Source: an uncultured virus (IMG/VR IMGVR_UViG_2799112477_000001) (taxonomy: Duplodnaviria; Heunggongvirae; Uroviricota; Caudoviricetes). From it: a stretch of DNA of 64,000 nt. Position numbers and translations under genes: made by a program. The DNA lies in IMG/VR virus record IMGVR_UViG_2799112477_000001; one strand, given 5' to 3'. The notes beneath the pieces are model-generated. The model made no database searches. It had not been told where the DNA came from and saw nothing but the letters and a program-made list of their open reading frames with translations. Of the stretch, positions 1 through 8,200 are shown piece by piece. Position 1 is the first letter of the stretch; every line of letters starts with the position of its first letter.

Positions 1-2055
1 CAAAGATATGAATATAACATCAGAAGTGACGCAAAGAAGCGATACAGCACTATAGGAAAGCTTCTTAAACGCGGCGACATAGACGTTGTGATCCATTGCG
101 GGGACCCTGATCGCGAAGGGCAGATCCTCGTTGATCTTGTGCTCCGTAATCTAGGCAATAAAAAGCCTGTTATAAGGCCTCAGCTCAAGGCACTTACAGA
201 CGAAGCGATCCTTGACGCTTTCAGGGCCGCAAAACCAAACGCGGAATACAAAGACGTTTTCAACGAGGGAATGACCCGCATGTGTTTTGACTGGGATTTC
301 GGTATAAATCTCAGCCAGTATGCGACGCTCAAGACAAATGCAAGGCCAGCTCTCAATGTAGGAAGGGTCATAGGTGCTATCGTCACCGAGATATATAACA
401 GGGATGTCTCTATAGAGAGGTTCGTCCCTGAAGAGTATTTCAAGGTCGTATCTGACGTCGATGGCGGTTTTAAGCTCACATCCAAGCTGAAATTTCTGGG
501 AGACAAGTTTAATGAGGCAGAAGACTATGCCCGGAAGCTGCAGGCAGGCGATTCTGTGGTCTCCGACATCCAGAAGAAACGCATAACAAAGAAGCCGCCG
601 AAGCTGTTTTCACAGACGTCACTTCAGGCGGCTATGTCGAAGAAGTTTAATTATAAGCCTGAGCAGACTCTTGATCTTGCTCAGAAACTATACGAAAAGG
701 GTTTTACTTCATATCCCCGGACCAACACCGAATATATAGCAGAGGACGAGAAGGAGAACATAAAAGGAGTAATAAATAAGATAAACAGGGATGGTCATCT
801 GGCATTCAGAGACAGCAAGTCCATATTTGACGACAGCAAGATAGACGGGCATTCGGCTATCACTGTCACCGGGAAAAGGCCGTCAGGGTTGTCTGATGCG
901 GAAAAGAACTGTTATCTCACTATCCTTTACCGCTTTATGGCCGTGTTCTGTAAGGATCCTTGTCTTTATGATAAGACAACTGTTGTTATAGATAATCCGC
1001 TTGAGCAGTTCAAGGTCAGCGGTGAGGTAATGGTGCAGCAGGGATGGCAAAGGTTTGAGCCGCCTGCAGGGAAAAGGGACAAAGATTCTGATGATGACAA
1101 GGATCAGGACGAAAGCCGCGTCCTGCCTCCTGTGAATATAGGCGACAAAGTGGAGACGGATTTCAAGGCGGTTTCTGCGGAGACGAAGCCTCCGAAGCAT
1201 TACACTGTTGAAACTCTCGGCAAATGGATGCAGAATCCGTTCAGAAAGGAAGACTCTACTGACGAGGAAGATTACAAAGATTACAAGAACATACTTGCCG
1301 GTCTTGAGATTGGGACGGAGGCGACCCGTGCCGGAATACTGGCAAAGGCTGCCGATAAAGGTTACATAAGCCTTAAGAAGAAAGCATACCACATAGAACC
1401 GAGAGGGAGGTTTCTTGTGGAGAGCTGCAAGAACCTCGGCATAGACTTCTCTGCGCAGATGACAGCGGACATGGGCAGGAAACTAAAGTCTGTCGGCAAG
1501 GGCGAGATCGGTATCATGGAGGTACTTAATGCCAACAGGAAAGAGATCCTGCGCGTTATAGGCGAGAACAGAGAAGTAAAGGCTGACTCTAAATCGTCTG
1601 GTGGTGAAGGGGAGTATGTAAGGAAAGAGAAGACCGAAGAGGACGTATATGTGCCAACAGGTGAAAAGGTATCGTTTGCAAAGGTTTTCAGCGGGCATTC
1701 CTTTACGTTGCATGAGATAGAGGCGCTTTTAGCGGGTGAAGAGATCTCTTTCGAGGCGGTATCTTCAAAAGGAAAAAGGTATACGGCTACGGGGCGCTTG
1801 TGCAAGCAGAAATATAAAGGCAGGGAGTTCTGGGGATTCAAACTCAATGAGCGAGAGTTTCCTGATGAGTATCTCGGGCATAGGTTCACTCATAGGTTCA
1901 CTGATGAGGAAAAAGCGGTTTTGCTAAAGAAAGGAAAGAAGGCAGATCGAACAATAACTGTGAGTGATCTTAAGAGCAACAGGACCGGGAAGACATTCAG
2001 TGCGCAACTGAGCTGGAACAGCAAGCAATCAAAGATTGAGGTCAAGTTCAAATAG
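1..2055 (+). CDS. topB: Type IA DNA topoisomerase (topoisomerase III-like, mobile-element type), 5' end outside window
   Basis: Frame is open from base 1. TOPRIM motif GDPDREG, catalytic SYPRT, GHSAI and IGTEATRA motifs are present, plus a C-terminal basic tail with repeated (G)H.FT..E...LL units. Confidence 0.92.
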   Translation, partial: QRYEYNIRSDAKKRYSTIGKLLKRGDIDVVIHCGDPDREGQILVDLVLRNLGNKKPVIRPQLKALTDEAILDAFRAAKPNAEYKDVFNEGMTRMCFDWDFGINLSQYATLKTNARPALNVGRVIGAIVTEIYNRDVSIERFVPEEYFKVVSDVDGGFKLTSKLKFLGDKFNEAEDYARKLQAGDSVVSDIQKKRITKKPPKLFSQTSLQAAMSKKFNYKPEQTLDLAQKLYEKGFTSYPRTNTEYIAEDEKENIKGVINKINRDGHLAFRDSKSIFDDSKIDGHSAITVTGKRPSGLSDAEKNCYLTILYRFMAVFCKDPCLYDKTTVVIDNPLEQFKVSGEVMVQQGWQRFEPPAGKRDKDSDDDKDQDESRVLPPVNIGDKVETDFKAVSAETKPPKHYTVETLGKWMQNPFRKEDSTDEEDYKDYKNILAGLEIGTEATRAGILAKAADKGYISLKKKAYHIEPRGRFLVESCKNLGIDFSAQMTADMGRKLKSVGKGEIGIMEVLNANRKEILRVIGENREVKADSKSSGGEGEYVRKEKTEEDVYVPTGEKVSFAKVFSGHSFTLHEIEALLAGEEISFEAVSSKGKRYTATGRLCKQKYKGREFWGFKLNEREFPDEYLGHRFTHRFTDEEKAVLLKKGKKADRTITVSDLKSNRTGKTFSAQLSWNSKQSKIEVKFK

Positions 2056-2156
2056 CGATTTGACCCTTTGGAACTATGTAATCTCTACTAGGTGTAGATC
2101 TCTTGGTGATGGCTTTTTCTGTGCTGCTTCCCTTTTGAACTATGTAATCTCTACTA

Positions 2157-3359
2157 GTATTGCGTAACATCTAAATGTTTATTATCGGATATAACCTTTT
2201 GAGTTTGACTCGTGCGTCATCAGTTGTGAACTGCCAGTCAACACCACGCTGCTTCTTGTTGCGGTCAACATGCCACGGCTCCAAAAGTGCGTTGAGCGCT
2301 TCCAGATCTGGGATCCTCTGAGAGCCGATGCACTGCCTACCAAGAGCAGAGAGTTCGATCTCGGCAATGTTCAGCCAACTTCCGTGTTTCGGAGTGAAGT
2401 GGATCTCCAGCCTGCTTGCAAGCTCCAGTGCACGCTCCGGCTTGAAAGTCTGGTAGAGTGACGCGATCGTATGAGTGTTGAGATTATCCATAACGAGAAC
2501 GACTTTCTTAGCTGATGGGTACTGAGTATCAAGCAGCCATTCGATCTTTCTTGCCCAGTCCTCTCTGGTGCGATGCTCTTCAGCATATGCGTAGCGCCAG
2601 CCATTGAGAGGTTCGGTGAACAGGAAGATTGATGCAGTTCCGTTACGTATATACTCATAATCCTCGTATTCGGTTCTGCCATTCTTGGAGCGAAAGCCTT
2701 TTCTGGCATTGGCGAATAACTGGATAGGTTTCTCATCCATGCAGACTACAGGATAGTCTTCATCGTATGGTCGGCTGTATACAGTGAGGACATCCTCCAT
2801 CGCTGCAACGAATGCAGCACTATGATCAGGAGGAATGCACCAGCACGCGGGACACTGTCATATGAGACAGTGAATCCACGTAATTAAGCTCAACACATTT
2901 ATCTGCAAGAAGGCGAACGGTCCAACGCTCATAACCTTCAGGAGGTTCGCTGCAGGCAAGAGCGACTATGTGCGCCTCGACATCCCCGGTCACTTTGGCT
3001 GGTACAGGTGGAGTCTCTCTCTTCTTCCTGTAGATCGTTGATTCAAGGCCGTTGTTCACATATGATGCCCTGACGGTCTGAACTGTTGTCGGTGATGTGT
3101 GGTACGCATCGGCGATCTGAGCAACGGTCATCCGCTGCTTGGCGTTGCGATCCGAGGCGAGCAATATGTTTGCTCTCAATATCGTTTTGGCAGATGAACT
3201 GCCCTTTGCAACGATATCCTTAAGAATTTTCCGATCGGCATCGGTCAATTCAATCAAATATTTTACTGATGGCATATGACTATCCTCCCATCTCTTCTAA
3301 GATGAGAATATCATATACCAGAACAACATTTTATACAAGTTTTAGATGTTACAAACTAC
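2157..3359 (-). mobile_element. IS630-family insertion sequence (1203 bp)
   Basis: TA duplication at 2155-2156 and 3360-3361. 19-bp terminal inverted repeats GTATTGCGTAACATCTAAA / revcomp GTAGTTTGTAACATCTAAA (16/19 identical). Two-ORF HTH plus DDE transposase. Confidence 0.95.
2171..3275 (-). pseudogene. IS630 transposase in two ORFs (HTH 2826-3275; DDE 2171-2800), probably defective
   Basis: DDE motifs CMDEKP, VMDNLNTH and SWLNIAEIE. At the ORF junction SRVL runs directly into out-of-frame WCIPP, and the A-rich slippery segment usually found there is absent. Confidence 0.75.
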
Positions 3360-3559
3360 TAGGTGTAGATACGAGAGCCTAAAAATCGTATACATACGAC
3401 CTTTGGAACTATGTAATCTCTACTATGTGTAGATGTGAACTGGAAGAGCAATACCTTATCACTTCCTTTGGAACTATGTAATCTCTACTATGTGTAGATT
3501 TATAGAAAAATGGCAATTGAGCTCGCCGCCGAAAGGCTATAGAGAAAGGGGTTGATACC

Positions 3560-3844
3560 TTGATGATAACAAATGCAGATGCCGGGATAGGATTTCTGAT
3601 AATCAATATCGTTTCCTTTCTTCTGTTTGGTCTCGATAAGAGTCTTGCAAAACAAAGGATGTGGAGAATACCTGAATCCGTGCTTTTAGGGATCTCTTTG
3701 CTTGGCGGAAGTTTCGGCGCATATGCGGGGATGCATGTCTTCAGGCATAAGACGAGAAAGGCTGCATTCAGACTTGGGATACCCGTGATCATCATCGTTC
3801 AGCTTCTATGTGCTGTTGCTTATTGCTTTTTCTTCAAAATATGA
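3560..3844 (+). CDS. DUF1294-family small membrane protein
   Basis: Motif FG.DK..A....WRIPE..L......GGS.GA..GM..FRHKT.K. Confidence 0.85.
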   Translation: MMITNADAGIGFLIINIVSFLLFGLDKSLAKQRMWRIPESVLLGISLLGGSFGAYAGMHVFRHKTRKAAFRLGIPVIIIVQLLCAVAYCFFFKI

Positions 3845-3866
3845 ATCCGCAGCATCGAACTTATTG

Positions 3867-3886
3867 AACCGGCGAGAGCCGGTTTT
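3867..3886 (+). terminator. Intrinsic terminator after the topB-array-DUF1294 unit
   Basis: AACCGGC-gaga-GCCGGTT followed by TT. Confidence 0.65.
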
Positions 3887-3901
3887 ATATAATTTGTGTA
3901 T

Positions 3902-4007
3902 AAGAAAAGGCCGTGACCTGTTGCAGCAGGCCGCGACCCAGTGAATCGGGCTCCGTTGAAACCCGTTTCGCAATATTATAGTATTTCACGGAGCCCGTAT
4001 AAGTCAA
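3902..4007 (-). ncRNA. Candidate ~70-nt antisense sRNA with its own promoter and terminator
   Basis: On the - strand, TTGACT-18-TACTAT(AAT) is followed by hairpin GGTCGCGGCCTG/CAGGTCACGGCC plus TTTTCTT. The G-U pairs of this hairpin form only on the - strand. Confidence 0.45.
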
Positions 4008-4082
4008 CCTAAATCGCACTAACCAATTTGGATTGACATGTATGGGCTTTTTGCGTGCCGAAAAGCCCGGGAAGAAGGACTT

Positions 4083-4517
4083 ATGGAAAAGAAACAGCTG
4101 AAAGACGCTCTTTTAACAGCGGGAGGTAAGACTGGGCTTATATCGCAGAAAGAACTCGTCTCTTTTACAGGGCAGAGTGATGCCTATGTGCGCAGTCATT
4201 ATCTGCGCGGGCTGGAGCAGATTTCGGAAGTGCCCGGTGGGTATTTTATCTCTGATGTTGCGGACAATATGATGTCGCTGGTCAGAAAGAACAGAAAGAT
4301 GCGAGAAGAAACAGGCATGCAGAAGAAAGAACTTATAGATGATCTGAAAAGCACATTTGGCTGCAGTTTTATGACTGTGAAGGAAATCTCAGCATGGACG
4401 GGAAGATCCCAGAGCTTCGTTAAGGCGCATATAGTCAACGATCTTCCTGTCATGGGGCGCCTTTACTTTGTGAATGACATAGCTGATAGGGTGTTTGAAC
4501 TCAGGAGGAGCTGGTGA
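4083..4517 (+). CDS. Small protein with two tandem HTH-like (excisionase/MerR-like) repeats
   Basis: Two copies of M.KK.L.D.L......(I/M)..KE....TG.S...V......L......YF..D.AD. An RBS precedes the ATG at 4083. Confidence 0.55.
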   Translation: MEKKQLKDALLTAGGKTGLISQKELVSFTGQSDAYVRSHYLRGLEQISEVPGGYFISDVADNMMSLVRKNRKMREETGMQKKELIDDLKSTFGCSFMTVKEISAWTGRSQSFVKAHIVNDLPVMGRLYFVNDIADRVFELRRSW

Positions 4518-5110
4518 TGGGAAGAATTAAAGATGAATGCATCAAAGAAATGAAGGAGTTTTCGGGAAGCAGCTTCATGACGATCAGCGAACTAACGGAA
4601 TGGTCGGGAAGGTCGGATTCCTATGTTAGCTTGCTTGTCTGGCCTCTTGACTGGGTGCATGCATCGGACCGTAAGAGGCTGTACTTTATCTCGGACGTAG
4701 CAGAGGCCATAGAGCAGCGCATAACTTCCGGAGAAGGGGATATAAGTAAGGTTCGTCCGGGACTTGAAAGAAGTGCGAACAGGAGCGCTTATCAGGACCA
4801 CATCATCGGTAAGAAGGCTCGTGAGCAGGGTGTTACACCTAAGTACAGCGAGCTTACTAAAAGTACAGCGACGGAGCTTGCCGATGAGATCGGGTCGGAC
4901 GCAGCTTCAAGAATAATGGGTGTCAACATCAACACGCTGAACAGCTGGAGATATGCGAGAGATGTTAAGGCCGGAAACGCACCGAAAAGCAGTAAGTCAC
5001 GCAAGGAGAAGTCCGCCACGACAGGAAAGCATGCGGCATCAAAAGGACGGAGGAAGGATAAGGGCGTGCTTGATGAGGACGATATATACCTTCCGTTCAT
5101 ATGTGTCTGA
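4514..5110 (+). CDS. Paralogous HTH-like repeat protein with a second HTH
   Basis: Third copy of the same repeat (FMTISELTEWSGRSDSYV...LYFISDVAE) plus ASRIMGVNINTLNSWR. Confidence 0.55.
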   Translation: MMGRIKDECIKEMKEFSGSSFMTISELTEWSGRSDSYVSLLVWPLDWVHASDRKRLYFISDVAEAIEQRITSGEGDISKVRPGLERSANRSAYQDHIIGKKAREQGVTPKYSELTKSTATELADEIGSDAASRIMGVNINTLNSWRYARDVKAGNAPKSSKSRKEKSATTGKHAASKGRRKDKGVLDEDDIYLPFICV

Positions 5111-5290
5111 CTTTTAGGACACTGACGTTGATAAAATCTAAGATGAAAAAAGGTAAGCCTGGCGAACTTATTGAGTTGCGAACGGCTGTTTTTCTATAAT
5201 TATAGTAACAAAGGAAACAAAGGAAAACTAAAGTATTCTGCCTGCCACGGGAATCGTTTGATGCGGGCAGGCTAAAGACAGGAGCGCTAT

Positions 5291-8200
5291 ATGAGTAAAG
5301 AATCAAAGCTGGAGCTTTTAGATCAGCTCGAAGAAAAAGTGGAACTTCTGCATGCGCAGACGAAAGAGACTCGGAAGTGCCTTGAGGCTGCAACCGAAAG
5401 GATAAGCTCTGACGGCGTGCTTGAAGTGACCAGAATAGACAGCATTCGAAAACTTCTGAGTGAAGTAAAGGCACTGACATTAACAAGCAGCTCTTTATTG
5501 AGCGAACTAGGCAGTGACGCAGTACCCGCTTCGTTTAGTGAGTTCTCTGAAGAGATAGAAGGGCTCAGACGGCTTCTGGATAAGTCGGTATACATCGAGG
5601 CAAGAGAGTTCCTTTTAAGGCTTCGGATCCACGACGAGAACATCGCGGAATTGTTTGCGAAGGTCAAAGAGGACCTGCTTTCTATGGATATCGAAAGCAT
5701 GTCTGCTAGTGACTGCGAGGAGAAGCTCGGTGATTATGTCATGCTGAGAAACCTTCTTGATCCTGCGACAGAAAACAGTGAAAAAGTCGGGTACATAACG
5801 AAGCTCAGCGGATCTTTCGACCAGCAGATCCTCGGACTTGCCTTCGGCGACGCGTATACCGTTGAGGAAGCGTCTGCGCTTGATGATTACAAAAAGGAAG
5901 AAAGCAGAATTGCAGATGGGCAGGAGATTATCCCAGTGCGGGGTGATGACCCGGTATCTGAAGATGACTTTGGCGATGATGTGACATCGAGCGAGGAGGC
6001 GCTGCCATTAAATGATGATGAAGATAAGTCCCCGTACCGTATACTTGCGGAAATCGCTGACTACCCGGTAGGAGTGGGAGATGGTGTCAATGTGAGCGTG
6101 ACTGAAACGGCTTCGCAGGCGAGCAAGGCCTTCAGCATCAAGAAGTTCAAGGAGAGCCTCCGGGGAGAATACCTTTCGAAAGGATGCCGCCGCATAATGG
6201 CAAACCTCGGGTTCAACATGGCTCTGCCGTGGGGAACAGAGGAAAATCCGTATATAGATGTCATCGAGAAGAAAACGGAAGTCAACCTTAACGAGTGTCA
6301 GGAATTCCTTCTCAGAAAAGGCTATGTAAGAAAGCTTTCGGCTGAAGGATATCCGCCGATCTGTGTTCTGACTAAAAAGGGCCTGGAGATCTTTAAGAGC
6401 AAGAGTGGGTGCGAGTTCATAGGCTTTAAGTATAATCCGGACAACAAACACCTTTATGTACCGGCAACATTCGAGGCTTATCAGACTATGCTATGCAGAT
6501 GCCACGCATGGAGATTGCTCAAGATGTCTTACAGCAGCAGCGATGCTGTCGCTGTGGATTTCCAGATAGTTGTCATGGCGCTTGAACCGGACAGGGTGAT
6601 GAATGTCCTTGTTACCAATGCCTGCCCGAAGGATACAGACGAATTCGAAGAGTATCTGGAACTGTTTACAGACAGCGTAGATGGACTGAATTTCAAGGAC
6701 GTTCTGATTTATGGCGCTACTATCGAAGAGGCAAGGAAACTCGCAGATATAGTTGTTAGGATTGCAGGCGAGAGTATCGATCCGGAAGAAACTGAAATTA
6801 AGCTTCTGACGCCAGAGACCCCGATCGGGGACAATGAGGACGTGAAGGTCACAGCTGTAACCCCGGCAAAGGATATGCCTTCGGAAGAATATAACTGTCC
6901 GTACTGCAACCAGCCATTGCAGGAGATAGTCAAATACGATGGAGAAGTCTTCTATGGCCATGAGGGAGGATGGAAGGCAGACGCGCCTTGCAAGCATACA
7001 TTCGGCAGTCTGGAAGAGATCACGGGCAGGAAGGGTGCTTCAGAGGCACCGAAAAAGCCGGACAGAAAGAAAAAGGCGGATTCTTCTGAGCCAAAGACTG
7101 AAAAGAAAAAGATGGCTGCCACTGACTCCAGGACTATAACCGAAGAATCAGAGCCTGTGCAGGCAGCTGCAGACAGCAAGCCTTCCGCTCAGAAGTCAAG
7201 AAAGCCTGTAGACAACGAGGTTCTCAAGAGGATAGAGCAGAAGGTAAGCAAATATGCTTCTGATGGCAAGATCTACTGTGCGACAGCTTATGCTACAGCA
7301 GCAGCGATCGGGAACCCTGATGCTGAAGGGCTCAGAGACAGGCTTGCATATGCGGTAAATGATCCCGCAGCGCACTGCATTTACACATCAGATAACCTGT
7401 TCAGCGTGTACACTGCATTTTCCAGCCAGGCGGATTACTATTATCAGACATCCGCTGTTCTGAGGCTGTTCTTCGCGGGCCAGGCCCGCTATGACTACAA
7501 TCTGCAGGCGATCCATGACTCTATCAACGGAAGCCCTGCACTTGAAAATAACAAGGCTCTGAACGATCTGATCTATACGCTCAGGGAGTTCAAGACAAAG
7601 ACCGGGTATTCTGTCGACAAATATGCTGACTACAGGAGCCGCGACAGGGTGGCCCTTGAGAAGGATCTTGCGAATATCCGCAAAGAGGCTTCTTCACACT
7701 ATATAAATGATGTAGAGCAGCAGCGCATGATCCGCACAAGGACTATTAGCAGAAGATATGAGGAGACCTGGAAGGGGATGTTCTCCAAGAGCGGAGATGT
7801 CGCAGTATATCTTAAAGCTGTGGCTGACGATGACGCGGAACTTCTTGAGCTTGCAGCGGATTATGTGGGCTCGACCTTCATCAAGGAAGGCCTTCCTGTA
7901 TCACCTGAGAACATAGATATGAGGGCGATCGAGCAGGCGATCGATGACGCGTGGGATAACGCGGGAAGCAGAGTTTCCCTCGTCATGAAGTCATCCACCC
8001 TTATGGGGCCGCTCAGAAACAATATGCGTCAGCATCTTTTGAAGGTGGTTTCATGCGTCTGCGAATGGATAGAGATCCATGAAACACTTGGTGACAGCAG
8101 AGACTCGGGCTATGAGGCATATACCGCAATAAGGAGCAAGGTGCTCGATCTTGCCCGCAATGCGATGGACAATATCGCGGCGGCGGGTGCGCCCGAGGAT

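Larger units (their letters stand above)
2065..3499 (+). CRISPR. Type V-A (Cas12a) CRISPR array: 4 repeats, 3 spacers, repeat 2 interrupted by IS630
   Basis: 35-nt repeat CCTTTGGAACTATGTAATCTCTACTA(G/T)GTGTAGAT at 2065-2099, 2131-2156 plus 3360-3370 (split, one G>T change), 3400-3434 and 3465-3499. Spacers are 2100-2130 (31 nt), 3371-3399 (29 nt) and 3435-3464 (30 nt). The repeat 3' end is the Cas12a TCTAC-loop-GTAGAT handle. Confidence 0.95.

Noticed and set aside
1879..1902. 12-bp tandem duplication CATAGGTTCACT in topB
   Set aside because: It is an in-frame HRFT duplication in the variable C-terminal tail with no evident function.
3409..3795. 128-aa - strand ORF and the many other antisense ORFs in the track
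   Set aside because: They are shadows of better-supported genes or overlap CRISPR repeats, and they have no motifs or RBS.
4202..4210. 9-nt match (TCTGCGCGG) to the start of the third mini-array guide
   Set aside because: Too short to distinguish from chance in 64 kb. I found no full-length self-target for any spacer by eye, though the search was not exhaustive.
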